Source: Eledone cirrhosa
Lineage: Eukaryota
Assembly (NCBI GenBank): GCA_964016885.1
Contig: OZ024751.1
Location: 16,864,001 to 16,928,000, forward strand
Direction: 5' to 3'
DNA length: 64,000 nucleotides
Below the pieces are notes generated by a model. It saw only the letters and a program-made list of their open reading frames with translations, was not told the origin of the DNA and made no database searches. The position numbers and the translations under genes were made by a program. Of this stretch, positions 30,253 through 44,089 are shown in pieces. Within the stretch, counting starts at the first letter, position 1; each line of letters starts with the position of its first letter.

Positions 30253-33200
30253 CTTGGGTATGACATTAAACTACATCCAGTGGCAAGGCTCCAGTTCGGG
30301 AGTTCAGGAGATGTGGGGAATATGGAGTTACCCCTTAGTTGTCATGACTCCCAGGTCTGCCCTGGCCCGGGGTGGTAGTACCTGTTAGGGCTCCATTTAT
30401 GGGTTAAATAACTACCTTATTCGAGTGGCGCCGGTAAGGTATTGTCAGCCATTGAAAAGAAATATGGAGAGTCGATCTAACAGCACTAGGGTTAGAGCCC
30501 CTAATTACACTGTCAAGGAGCAGCCTGGTCGTTATGACTCTGCTGGCTTAGAGCCACAGAGAGGGCCAGTGGATGATGGATCAGCTGTCTCTGAGACAAA
30601 TATAAAGAATGTAGTTTTGTCCTGCAGAAGAGCCATCAAAATGGGCACTTTGAATGTGAGGACTATTCGAACGCTGGAGAAGAGAGAGGAGTTGGGACAT
30701 CTGTTCGAGGAGAGTGGTATACAGATACTTGCGATCCAAGAACACAGGATTCTACACGATGAGCCCGTGAGGAGTGTGATGATCGGGAGGAAGAGCCAGC
30801 TCATCACTACATCGGCAGTGAAGAACACAACAAATGCTGCAGTAGGAGGAGTGGGTTTTGTGTTCAGTGCAAAAACCAATCTGTTGGTGAGGGAAATAAT
30901 GCCTATCTCCCCGCGAGTGTTGAGGGTGACCTTCAATGGAAACCCAAGACTGACAGTCATCTCAGCCTATAGTCCAACCGAGGGGGACAGTGATGTGAAT
31001 GCCGAGGAGTTCCATGAGGAAGTGTGTAGAGCTGTCAACACCACTCAGGCACACAATATCCTGCTTGTTTTGGGGGACTTCAATGCACATCTGAGTAAGG
31101 AGGGCAGTGAAGATCCTTGCTGGTACTTCCATAACAACACCAACCGAAATGGAAGACTACTGAGAGACACCCTGCTGGAGGCGAACTTGATGGCGACCAA
31201 CCTAAGGTTTAGGAAGAATCTGGGGAAGATGTGGACCTACATCTCAGATGTGCACCTGTCCAAGTCCCAGATTGATTTCATTCTGGTGAGGAAAAAGTGG
31301 CGGAATAGTGTTCTGAACACGGAACCATACAGCTATTTCAGTACACTGGGTAGTGACCACCGGCTTGTTATGAGTGAGGTCCGCGTGAGCTTAAGAAAGA
31401 GCAAGGCTCAGCCCCGGAGAACAATCTATGACTGGGGAGCTTTCAAGGAAGATGATAAGCTACAGGAGAGGTTCACAGTGGAAGTGAGAAACAGGTTTAG
31501 TGCTCTGTGTGGAGAGTCAGAGGAGAGAGAGATTGGATGGACTGAGGAGAGTGTGACGAGGAGGTACGGGCACTTCACCAATGCAGTGGCGAAAGCAAGT
31601 GAAACCCTGGTGCCGAGGAAAAAGAACAAAGGGAAGCACGTCAGCTCTGCAGACCCAAAAGTGTGTGCAGCCAGAGAACACCTGAAAGCTGCCAGGGACC
31701 AATTCTATGCTGATCCTACGGAGGAGATGATGGAGACTGTGGAGGTGATGAGGGAAGAGCTCTGTACCGCTTACACTGAGGTCAGAGAGGAGGCACTGAT
31801 AGAGAAGATCAGAAGTGTGGAGAGAGCGGTTGACAGATCTGGATGTAAGGAGAGCTGGATGATCATCAACGAGATCACAGGGAGGAAGAAAAGGTGTTCG
31901 AGTCAGATCCAGGGAACGGGGCCCGAGGATAGGAAGAGGAAATGGCTAGACCATTTTAGGACCCTACTAGGAGAGCCACCCTCCACAGCCCAGAGCACTG
32001 GGGAGATCAGGCGGCTGTTTGAGGAACTGGATGTTGAGACAGAGCCCTTCACCAGAGAGGAGCTTCAGAGAGCCAAGAAGAAGATCAAGGAGGGCAAGGC
32101 TCATGGAGAAGATGGAGTAGCATCAGAGGTGATGAAGTGGTGTGATTTTGATGATATCATCCTGGGGTTCTGTAACGGGGCACTGGAGAAGGGAGTTGCC
32201 CCGAATCAGTGGAGGATCAGTAACATCGTCCCAGTGCCAAAGAAGGGAGATCTCTCTAACACCAACAACTACCGGGGGATCTCACTGACGTCACTTGTGG
32301 CAAAGACCCTCAACAGGATGATTCTTAACAGGATCCAGCCTGAGATGGAGAAGAAGCTCAGGGACAACCAGAACGGCTTCAGAGAGGGTAGATCAACCAC
32401 CAGTCACATCCTGATGCTGAGGAGGATATTAGAGGGAGCTAGAGCAAAGTGCCTTCCTGCGGTCATGGTTTTCATTGACTTTAGGAAGGCCTTTGATTCT
32501 GTGGACCGTTACTGCCTGATGAAGATCTTACAGGCTTATGGAATCCCCAAGAGGATAGTGGACCTGATATCACTGCTCTACACCAACACCAAAGCCCAAG
32601 TCATTACACCTGATGGGATGACAGAGTTCTTTGAGATACTGGCTGGAGTGCTCCAGGGAGATACATTGGCTCCCTACCTTTTTATCATCGTAGTGGACTA
32701 TTGTATGCGCCTTGCACTGGAGAAACACCAGGACTCTGGCTTTACTGTAGCACCGGCTCAGAGCAGGAGAGTTGGGGCGAAAAAGGTATCGGATGCTGAA
32801 TTTGCCGACGACATAGTTTTGGTGACAAATACAGTGAAGGAGGCAGAGGATTTGATGCGGGAGGTTGAGACTGTGTCGATGAGTGTGGGGCTGAGAATGA
32901 ATGAGACTAAAACAAAATATCTGGTAGAGAATGTTGAGAAGCCAGAGGGGATCACTAATGTAGGCGGGAAGCCGCTGGAATTGGTTGAGGACTTCCTGTA
33001 TTTGGGAGCAAAGATTGGGAATACGGAAGATGATGTGGTTGAGAGGAAGAGCAAGGCCTGGGCAGCGTGCCACAGCTTGAGATCGGTGTGGAAGTCGGAC
33101 CTTCGTAGAGACCTGAAAATCCGCCTCTTCATTGCTGTAGTGGAGTCTGTGCTGCTGTATGGGTCTGAGACTTGGACACTGACCAAGAGACTCACTCAGA

Positions 33201-33559
33201 TGGTGGATGGGTGCTACACGAGAATGCTGAGGATGGCTCTGAACATTAATCAGTATACACTGAGGATGAAAAACTCAGAGCTGTATGGGAGCCTCCCAAA
33301 AGTCAGCTCAAAAGTGACACAGAGGAGACTGAGGTTGGCTGGACATGCTCACCGACATCCAGAGTTGACATTGCACTCCGTGCTCCTTTGGGAGCCCCTA
33401 CATGGACACACTGGAAGAGGAAGACCAAGGTTAACATATGTTGATGCCCTAAGGACAGACACTGGTCTGTTGGAGACGCAGGACATGGCAGCGATAATGA
33501 GGGACAGAGACCGCTGGAGAGAACTCGTCCATGGATCTCGGGAATTTTACCCGCCTTAG
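30253..33559 (+). mobile_element. Full-length intact RTE-clade LINE inserted in TATG/TA satellite
   Basis: About 210-bp structured 5' UTR plus one uninterrupted ORF; the stop is followed immediately by (ATGT)n. Confidence 0.95.
30464..33559 (+). CDS. RTE ORF: APE endonuclease + reverse transcriptase (about 1031 aa from the ATG at 30464)
   Basis: GTLNVRT, AIQEHR, SAYSPT, LGDFNA, IDFILV, SDHRL (APE); [40 protein letters not shown] (RT); GRGRP C-terminus. Lies within track ORF 30425-33559. Confidence 0.95.
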   Translation: MESRSNSTRVRAPNYTVKEQPGRYDSAGLEPQRGPVDDGSAVSETNIKNVVLSCRRAIKMGTLNVRTIRTLEKREELGHLFEESGIQILAIQEHRILHDEPVRSVMIGRKSQLITTSAVKNTTNAAVGGVGFVFSAKTNLLVREIMPISPRVLRVTFNGNPRLTVISAYSPTEGDSDVNAEEFHEEVCRAVNTTQAHNILLVLGDFNAHLSKEGSEDPCWYFHNNTNRNGRLLRDTLLEANLMATNLRFRKNLGKMWTYISDVHLSKSQIDFILVRKKWRNSVLNTEPYSYFSTLGSDHRLVMSEVRVSLRKSKAQPRRTIYDWGAFKEDDKLQERFTVEVRNRFSALCGESEEREIGWTEESVTRRYGHFTNAVAKASETLVPRKKNKGKHVSSADPKVCAAREHLKAARDQFYADPTEEMMETVEVMREELCTAYTEVREEALIEKIRSVERAVDRSGCKESWMIINEITGRKKRCSSQIQGTGPEDRKRKWLDHFRTLLGEPPSTAQSTGEIRRLFEELDVETEPFTREELQRAKKKIKEGKAHGEDGVASEVMKWCDFDDIILGFCNGALEKGVAPNQWRISNIVPVPKKGDLSNTNNYRGISLTSLVAKTLNRMILNRIQPEMEKKLRDNQNGFREGRSTTSHILMLRRILEGARAKCLPAVMVFIDFRKAFDSVDRYCLMKILQAYGIPKRIVDLISLLYTNTKAQVITPDGMTEFFEILAGVLQGDTLAPYLFIIVVDYCMRLALEKHQDSGFTVAPAQSRRVGAKKVSDAEFADDIVLVTNTVKEAEDLMREVETVSMSVGLRMNETKTKYLVENVEKPEGITNVGGKPLELVEDFLYLGAKIGNTEDDVVERKSKAWAACHSLRSVWKSDLRRDLKIRLFIAVVESVLLYGSETWTLTKRLTQMVDGCYTRMLRMALNINQYTLRMKNSELYGSLPKVSSKVTQRRLRLAGHAHRHPELTLHSVLLWEPLHGHTGRGRPRLTYVDALRTDTGLLETQDMAAIMRDRDRWRELVHGSREFYPP

Positions 33560-35699
<2,140 letters not shown>

Positions 35700-35701
<2 letters not shown>

Positions 35702-37420
35702 CTTTGAATAACTTTGAAATGTTTTGGCCAGTATTGGCCCAGGCCATGTCTAACTTAATAGCACCACCTGGCGAAGTCTTTCAATTCAGGATTTGGGCAC
35801 CATGGCCCATTCGAGAAGAGAATTACTGTTTGCGGAGACATATCCGGGTGTGGGTGGTTTGTCCGGGATCACCTGGAGGAATTTGTCCAAAGACTTCTTG
35901 AATTTTGTGTGGTCAGTTTCTGTTTTGACGTGTCCTGGTGTGATGTTGAAGAGAGCAGGGCCGATTGAGGTGAAATAATTGTGCCGTATTGTTGTTATGA
36001 GTTGCGATTTAGATTTTTGAATGGGACGGATAGCACGGGGCCCAAGCCTTGGGTGTATCTTGAAGGCGATGCCAACATCATTTGGGCAGTGATGATGGAA
36101 CATTTTCCACATCATGCAGATAATATAACGCTCACGGCGACGTTGGAGTGAGTAAAGTTTCAGGTTTTCCAATCGACCCCAGTAGTCAAGGTCTGACATG
36201 CCATCTATCTTTTTCGTGATTGCCCTTTGAGGAGCTTCAAGTTTCATGATACTTTGTTTCGTGTGGGGAGACCACAGTGGACAACAGTATTCAAGGTGTG
36301 GTCGGGCGAAAGTAGAGAAGAGAAGGATAATGGTGCGGGAATCTCTCGACTGGAAGGTTCTGAGGATCCAGGAACACATTCTGCGGGCCATGTCAACTTT
36401 GCTGCTTATATGCGTGGTCCAGCTTATGTTGCTGTCCACGGTTACTCCCAAGTCTCTGATGTTGTTAGATGCCACGAGAGTTTCCCCGGAGGGAAGGGAG
36501 TACGGGAGTTTTAGAGCATCCTCTTTTCCAAAGTGGATCAGTTCGAATTTGTCTTCGTTCAGTAACATGTTGTTCTTTTCTGCCCATTGGGTAACAGCCA
36601 GTAGGTCTGACTGAAGGCTTATCCGGTCATCCACGCCATTGATGACCTTTTGGAGCTTGGAATCATCAGCGAAAATTTTAATGTTGCTGTGTTTGATGAT
36701 GTCAGTGATGTCATTAATATAGATGATGAAGAGAAGTGGGCCCAACACAGTGCCTTGTGGGACTCCACTACTGACTTTGGCTGGGCTTGATTTGACTCCC
36801 TCAACTACAACATGTTGGGTTCTGTTTGACAGGAAGCTCTTGATCCACTGCAGCAGCTTTCCAGTGACACCAATATTGGACAGCTTTCTCAGTAGAATGT
36901 TATGATCAACCCTGTCAAAGGCCTTGCTGAAATCAAGGTAGATAACATCAGTGTTGGAACCCTCTCCCAAGGCTCTCAAAATGTCATCAAAGTGATGCAG
37001 TAGTTGCGTCAGGCAATCCCTTCCATTACGGAATCCATGCTGGTTGGAGTTCAGCATATTGTTACTCTCAAGGAAGTGGGTCATTCGCGATCTCACCACT
37101 CGCTCAAATACCTTAATGATATGAGAGGTGAGTGAGATTGGACGGTAATTCACGGCAAGGGATTTGTTTCCCTTTTTGAAAACTGGGACAACAGACTGGG
37201 ATAGAAGGTTTTCTGGCACATATCCAGCATCCAGTGAGTTCCGCCACAGATTGGCAAGAGGAGAAGCAAGTTGGTGTTGACACGCCTTCAAGACACAAGC
37301 AGGGAACCTATCGGGACCTACTGCTGAATTATGCTTGATTTCCTTTATTGCCGCCAAGACATCAGGGGCGCCAAACGTTATGTCCGATAAGGTGTAATGG
37401 GGAGTAACATCGCCGATACA
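35700..37420 (-). mobile_element. 5'-truncated CR1-clade LINE, RT frame intact
   Basis: [40 protein letters not shown]. Stop at 35786. 3' tail (ttcaaagtta)2 abuts (TA)n. Confidence 0.93.
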
Positions 37421-37790
37421 GTATGTATGTATATATACATACATACATATATATGTATGTATATATACATACATACATATATATATGTATGTATATATAC
37501 ATACATACATATATATATGTATGTATATATACATACATACATATATATATGTATGTATATATACATACATACATATATATATGTATGTATATATACATAC
37601 ATACATATATATATGTATGTATATATACATACATAGATATATATGTATGTATATATACGTACATCCATATATATGTACGTATATATACATACATATATAT
37701 GTATGTACGTATATATACATACATATATATGTATGTACGTATATATACATGTATGTATATATACATATATACATGTATATATACATGTAT
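37421..37790. repeat. (TATG/TACA) minisatellite, about 30-bp unit
   Basis: Directly visible. Confidence 0.9.
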
Positions 37791-38370
37791 CCTAGTACAA
37801 CCTGTCTCGTGGTCGAGTCGTTGGCGACTAAACTGGCAACCCCCACCAAGGGTTCTTGGTGAGGAAGGTGACTTTGGACATCCTGCAGGACTAAAAACGA
37901 AACCTCCTATCAAAGGGCAAAGGAGCTCTTAAGAGTCAATGGCCATCCAAAATCACCGGGAGAGATGACCACTTAGCCTTTGTCAAGGCAGAATTCTAGG
38001 TGAAGGAAAACTCTGATATAACACCTGCAACCCTGATGGTATCCAATGATGTTGACTTGTTCTTCTTTTTGGTAAATATCATCTTGGTTAAGAGAGTGGG
38101 ACTGGCTTTCTGCAGTGCCTTTGCTCACTATAAAAGCTTCACGGCACAGGCATTGCTTTATATCTGGAGATCTCTCTGCACTTGTCGTCACATGGTACCA
38201 TGGGCCCAGTACTATGTGTCAATCATTGTCACAAGTGTAGTGTTTGTACCAGAGTGTTCAAGTCACTGGCTAGACTAAAAAGTCACACTCGTTCAGTACA
38301 TCGGTAAGGGTTCTGCTACATGGATATAAAGTAGTGGCCGTACTCGAAAACGAGTTGGCAGCCACATATG
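37791..38370 (+). mobile_element. Second bipartite non-autonomous RTE derivative (5' UTR + last C2H2 finger + 3' end)
   Basis: ctaggtgaaggaaaactctgatataacacctg 5'UTR motif; 38236-38301 encodes CSVCTRVFKSLARLKSHTRSVH, stop at 38305-38307; 3' end gtggccgtactcgaaaacgagttggcagcc+atgt. Confidence 0.8.
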
Positions 38371-38810
38371 TATATATACATATATACATGTATGTATGAA
38401 TATATATATACATATATACATACATACATGTATATATAAATACATACATGTATGTATGTATGCATACTTGCATATATGTATGTATGTATGCATACTTGCA
38501 TATATGTATGTATGTATGCATACTTACATATATGTATGTATGTATGTATGCATACTTGCATATATGTATATATACTTGGATGCATATGTGTGTATATGTA
38601 TATATATACACACATACATGTATGTCTATATACATACATGCATGCATGTATGTATATATGCATGTATGTATGCATATATGTATATATACTTGCATGCATA
38701 TGTGTGTATATGTATATATACACACATACATGTATGTCTATATACATACATGCATGCATGTATGTATATATATATATGCATGTATGTATGTTTATATACA
38801 TACATAGATA
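38366..38810. repeat. TATG/TGCA-rich minisatellite
   Basis: Directly visible. Confidence 0.85.
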
Positions 38811-39187
38811 GCATAATTTCAATATATCTCCTGAGGCGACCACAGAGTTAAAAAAAAGTACACAGCATGAACGTGTTACACCTGCAATCGTGAAGGTCAG
38901 CCTTCTTACAGATTATGTCACGGTGACTCTTCATGAGGATTAGGGTAAGGGTACATGGGTCTCTGTAATACTCAGCCAGATGAGGCTTAAAATCATAAGC
39001 AAGCTGTTGCGTTGTTCAATGAAGTGATGTCCAACATAAACACACACGCACACGCACGAGCGCACACGCACGAGCACACGCGCACACAGTCACATATATA
39101 CTTTCATATATATACATGTATATATATAAATGTATATATATAAATGTATACACATATAAACATATATATTTCATATACATAGATGTA

Positions 39188-39246
<59 letters not shown>

Positions 39247-39251
<5 letters not shown>

Positions 39252-39510
39252 GGAGGTGAGTTTTATTGTAGTACAATAAAGCAATGCAGATATCGGATAA
39301 GAAGCACTCTACAGTTTGTGGGACTGGCGTATGCATAATATATATGTTGATTTAAAACTGCACTATCCACAAGTGTTTTTTAGCCTTCATATCATGTTCT
39401 CCTGTTTTATCTGATGAAAACACAAATATTATTGCTTGATGATGTTTGTTTTTGAAATGCGCATAATAAAATATATGGAACTCCTTTAACCATCTTTTGA
39501 TCTTATATTA
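39247..39510 (+). mobile_element. Penelope-like pLTR element (segments A+B) with hammerhead
   Basis: Near-identical to segments at 48326-48581 and 49094-49260. Confidence 0.75.
39404..39472 (+). ncRNA. Minimal type I hammerhead ribozyme (family 2)
   Basis: GTTTTAT-CTGATGA-[16-bp helix II with 1 mismatch, loop GCTT]-GAAA-TGCGCA-TA-ATAAAAT. Palindromic helix III ATGCGCAT. Predicted cleavage after AUA at 39465. Confidence 0.8.
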
Positions 39511-40604
39511 TATATATATATATGTATATATTCGTAGATATATTCCCTCTATTGGACATTACCTTCAGATCATGTTGACTTCGTAAAGATATTACTACAT
39601 ACAACGAAGTATTTTAACTCCATATCCGGCTAATTTTAGTTATAGTCATGAGACGCCATTGTTCTCCCCAGCATACATAACCTTAACATTAGATCACACC
39701 TAATCTTACAATATATTAATATTTGAATCAATATATGTTAAGAAAAAAGTTGAAAATTGGTAGAATCAATAAAACATCGGATAAAATGCTTTGCGGCATA
39801 CGTTCCACCTCTCAGTGCTAGGAATTCAATTCTCATCACAAACAATCTTATGCTATATTAATCTTTCGATCAATCTATCTATCTATATATAAATTTGAGC
39901 GAATTCCGTCTGTCCGTCCGTCAAACAATGTATGTGTGTCTCTGTGAATGTATGTGTGTGTGTAAAAGAAAGGGGATGGTGAACAAATCTATAGTAAAAC
40001 AGAAGGTGGTGTTCCATTTGATATGCTGTGTGTGTTTGTGTGAATGTATCTCTGTGAGTGTGTATTTTTATAATTGTGGCTGTTTGAGCGTTTATATTGG
40101 GTCGTCAAGTATGAAATTTTTAGAAAAAAAAAAAAGTTTCATATGCCTCACTACAAATTTCCTTCTTAATATACTCATACATATAAATGTATGCATATGA
40201 ACATACACACACACGCGCACGCATGCACACATGCACACACACGCACACACATATGCGTCAGGTGTTGGAAAAAAATCGTAGTGTTAATAATAATAACAAT
40301 AATGAAATCATTGTGTTCAGTGCTCAGGTGCACCCCAACTATACATGGACCTTTGATGAGTTATAGTGCACCTGAGCCCTGTACACAATCATTTCATTGT
40401 TATCATTATTATTATCATTATTAGGAAAAACCTTAAATTGTTAGAATCATTAGGACATCGGATAACATGCTTTACGGCATTCGTTCCACCCTTCAGCGCT
40501 CTGAATTCAATTCCAATCATTTCCTTTCATCATTCGGAGGTAAATAAAAAAAAACGTACAAGTCAAATACTGTGTTCACCTTTCTTCGTATATTACGTTC
40601 TCTC

Positions 40605-40639
<35 letters not shown>

Positions 40640-40699
40640 ACAAAAAGTTGAATGAGCTCCATATGGTTTACGACTCATTCTGGTGTTATGCTTCCATGC

Positions 40700-40985
40700 A
40701 CTTTTAGACTTCTGGTGTCTTTGGCCCTATGGCTACCTCCCTACTCACCACCATAGGCACTGAGCTGGCCAGCCGCAGGTTTGAGCCGTGCGAGTTGGAA
40801 TGGCTCTTTCAGCGCATCTCCCTTACCATCCTCCGGGGAAACGCCTTCTCCATTCTGTCCGCCGGGAGCTGTGGGGAAGCCAGCACCTGGGACCCCATTT
40901 GCTCACCATACATAGAGATGGGGATGGCGAGAGAGATGGAGGCGATGACAGTGGGAGTTCGGTTCTTCCACGTTCAGACCATATC
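40700..40985 (+). mobile_element. CRE-clade retrotransposon 3' fragment (restriction-like endonuclease C-terminus)
   Basis: TSGVFGPMATSLLTTIG...WLFQRISLTILRGNA matches the CRE motif ETxGxxGP...FQRLSLAIQRGNA. Confidence 0.8.
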
Positions 40986-41178
40986 CTTGTGGTTGGGTTC
41001 ATTATCTATAGAGTTCATTCTATTATTCAGTTGTTGTCTTTATGAGCAAAATATTTACTCAGATCGTTGTAGCTATAAAATTGATTACATTGAGTTTCAG
41101 AAAGAAACAAAACCTTCAAATTTTAAAACCTTTTAATGCTCGATATGTTTAGCTCCTTGGTATTACTTAATTGAAGTA

Positions 41179-41403
41179 GGGCGGTGGATTGGAAGTATCG
41201 GTAGAGGGTCGGACTACATGCTTTGCAGCATAGAGTTACGGACCTTTATGATCTGAGTTCAAATCCTGCAGCGGTTAACTTTGCCTTTCATCATCAAGGG
41301 GTCGATGAAATAAAGTACCAGTCACGCACTGAGTTCGATTTAATCGACTTTCCCCCCCCCCCCCCCCCCCCATATTGTTGGGATTGTGCCTATATAAGAA
41401 ACT
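41179..41403 (+). mobile_element. tRNA-SINE (long form)
   Basis: Head, B box, Nin-like body and gtcgatttaatcgac-type hairpin segment. Confidence 0.88.
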
Positions 41404-41512
41404 GATTTAATTGGAGTGTGATTATTTGCTATTTTGGACATATTCAACAATTATTGGACATATTCAACTGAATATGTCTAGCTACATAATCACTCATAAT
41501 ATATAAATATAA

Positions 41513-41735
41513 TGATTTCTAGTATAGGCACAACGCCAGTAATTTTGGGGAAGGAGAAAGTCGATTAAATCGACCCCCCCCCCCCCCCAGTAGGTTACTG
41601 GTACTTTATTTTATCGACCTCGTAACGATGAAAGGCAAAGTTAACCTCGACGGAATTTGAACTCATATCATAAAGGCCGTAACTCTGCAAAACATGGCGT
41701 CCGACTCTCTACCGATACTGCCAATCCACCGCCTT
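41513..41735 (-). mobile_element. tRNA-SINE (long form), tail-to-tail with the previous copy
   Basis: Reverse complement of the consensus, ending ...ccgatactgccaatccaccgcc. Confidence 0.88.
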
Positions 41736-41814
41736 ATAATATATAAATATAATAGAACATTCAACAAAGTTATATTATCGCTAGCCAACTATAAAATGAA
41801 ACTTCAATGCAGCA

Positions 41815-42030
41815 GCACGTTGAGACGGTGCTTACCCCGGTTTCATGACATGAAACGACTGTCCATGGTAGGGTTAAACCCTCAGTCATTGCTGGTACTC
41901 ATGTTCAGCTGTGCATGCTGGAACAACTGAAAATGAAGTGTTTCTCTCAAGAACACAACACAAAAACAAAATCCAAAATCGAACCCACGACACTACGATA
42001 GTAAGTACAACACACTTACCACTCGGCCAC
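41815..42030 (-). mobile_element. Different tRNA-derived SINE (CORE-like)
   Basis: Minus strand: A box tggccgagtgg, B box ggttcgatt, then tgtgttcttgagagaaacactt...cagctg...gagtacc. Confidence 0.65.
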
Positions 42031-42577
42031 AAGCCCTCACAACTATAGGCAGCACTCTTTTGGAAATAAAACTTAATTAATTAATAGAACATATAGGAAT
42101 ATATAAGGAAATATTTCTTAAATGTCTAATGGTTATTTATTCTAATTTTAACAAGTAGGGTCGCAATACCTTTTGTTTCATCCTCATTACACCACGTCAG
42201 TACAGTTTAGTCTTTGACATACAGACTAACCTATTAAGCACATACCGACATTTATGTACAACATGTTCTTTTAAGTAAAATACCTACTCAGTTCAACATA
42301 GCCTTTTAGAAACATTACCTCATTAAGACAAAAATAATAAAGCATTAAATCCCGTATTTGTGCAGTGAGTATGAAAAGTTTATTTTATTAGACACCGCTA
42401 GAAGCTGTTGGATGGGAAATATTTAACGACTAAAGAAAAATAAAACAAAAACAGCTTGTGTATGTAGTACTATATATATAAAATGATTAATTAATTCCCC
42501 TAGGATAAATTTATATTCCACTTACATATATAAATATAACCATACCGTATATCACCAGATATGCTACACATACATTC

Positions 42578-42866
42578 ATACATACATCGCTATTTCAGAA
42601 CAGCAATACTAATTGTTAATTTTCTCTGGACCGTCAACTGCTCTATTTAATCAGCTCTTAAAAAATCACTGGAATTCTATAAGAATCAGCTTCTATAATT
42701 CTCGGCAGAAGCGAAGGGATATGTAATCGTGACAACCAGTAACGAGCGAGAAACGACCGGCGCTTGGTTCCCTTTGCTTTTACCGAGAAAAGTAAGTAAC
42801 GTAGTCACTACTTTAAAACTCATAGCGAATGGTGTTAAAAATGTTTTAAAATAAACATACAGTATA
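42578..42866 (+). mobile_element. Diverged monomer of the 310-bp hammerhead repeat family
   Basis: Colinear with the 49.6-kb unit and with 165-464; core reads GTAATC-GTGACAA-cca...ga-GAAA-cgaccg. Confidence 0.7.
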
Positions 42867-42892
42867 TTATCAAATAAACTATACGTACGTTC

Positions 42893-42923
<31 letters not shown>

Positions 42924-43399
42924 CATATATTTACATATGTATACATATATATATATACATTTGTATATATGTATGAATATATATATGTATGTATACAAAT
43001 TTGTGCACACACACATACACACATACACACATACATACATACATACATACACACACCACACACACGTGTGGAAGTTAGTAAAATCGAAGTTGCGGCGTCG
43101 GCCAGCACCCACGAAAAAACAATTCGGAGCTAGAACAAAGCACTCAATAAGAAGGTATCGATAAATTACATCTTAGAGTAATTAACATACGTTAAATAGC
43201 GTGACAAATTAAAAACTCTGGTTAAGGGGACAAAGCCACAGACGCCACCACAAGGAAAATACAATCAGGTTTAATAACAAACCTGGACCGTTTCGAAGGA
43301 TATTGCACAACTTCCTCGGTTGGTTTCTGTGATTCTAAAATCAACAATCCGACTTCCGCAATATGCAAATTTGTAGCATTTGTAGACGGAAATATACAC

Positions 43400-43431
<32 letters not shown>

Positions 43432-43666
43432 CGACTTTCGTCAAATCGGACCGATGAAACGATGTTTCCGTTGGTCTTTCCAATTGCTAATACTATCTAT
43501 CGGTTGCAACTCCAGGTAGAAGGAGCAACGTGAAATAATATATATATGTATGTATATATATTATACTTAGATATCACAACTATTTGATTTTCAACAATTC
43601 TGCATCTGCTATAATATATATCATTACAATCTTATATATATATAAATGTGCATATGTATATATATA

Positions 43667-44041
43667 CCGGGTGTACCAGCAAAATTGTCCGAATTTTAGA
43701 TTCAACTTCGAACCTCTATATCTGAGGAAGCTAAACATAACTCAATGGAATTGTCAGGGGGATTTCTAACTTCATGAGACTCGACTTTGAGCAAGAAAAA
43801 TGTTCATTACACTCCAAGCTAACCAGAAGAATTTGTGATGAAGTTGATTATGGACGAATATGTCATTTTCATAAATAATTAACCATAGCTCAGGATTGGG
43901 AGATCATAAAGGTTAACGCTTTAACATAAAGGTTAACGCTTTAACATAAAGGTTAACGCTTTAACATAAAGGTTAACGCTTTAACATAAAGGTTAACGCT
44001 TTAAAATTTCGACGTTTTTTCTCGGGCATGGTACATCCGAG
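43667..44041. mobile_element. Possible Tc1/mariner-type MITE with degenerate TIRs
   Basis: TA|ccgggtgtaccagcaaaattgtccgaatttta at the left end; degenerate inverse ttaaaatttcgacgttttttc..tggtacatccg at the right end. Confidence 0.45.
43905..44004. repeat. Perfect 20-bp repeat x5 (CATAAAGGTTAACGCTTTAA)
   Basis: Directly visible. Confidence 0.95.
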
Positions 44042-44089
44042 TTCATGTCTACATCTTGACCAACCTATCGTCTTATTATTACCATAGTT

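Noticed and set aside
35786-37849. 687-aa ORF with a novel N-terminus fused to RT
   Set aside because: The N-terminal part (above 37420) is read-through of microsatellite and antisense RTE UTR into a 5'-truncated CR1.
37791-37850. HDV-like ribozyme in the RTE 5' UTR (acc-tgtctcgt-ggt, gactaa)
   Set aside because: P3/L3- and J4/2-like pieces are present, but I could not place P1 and P1.1 in the required order, and the homologue at 10590-10640 does not rescue the fold.
41353-41588. Long poly-C runs as functional G-quadruplex elements
   Set aside because: Homopolymer expansions at different SINE positions; likely slippage or sequencing error.
43905-44004. CRISPR-like array
   Set aside because: No spacers, no cas genes, eukaryotic context.
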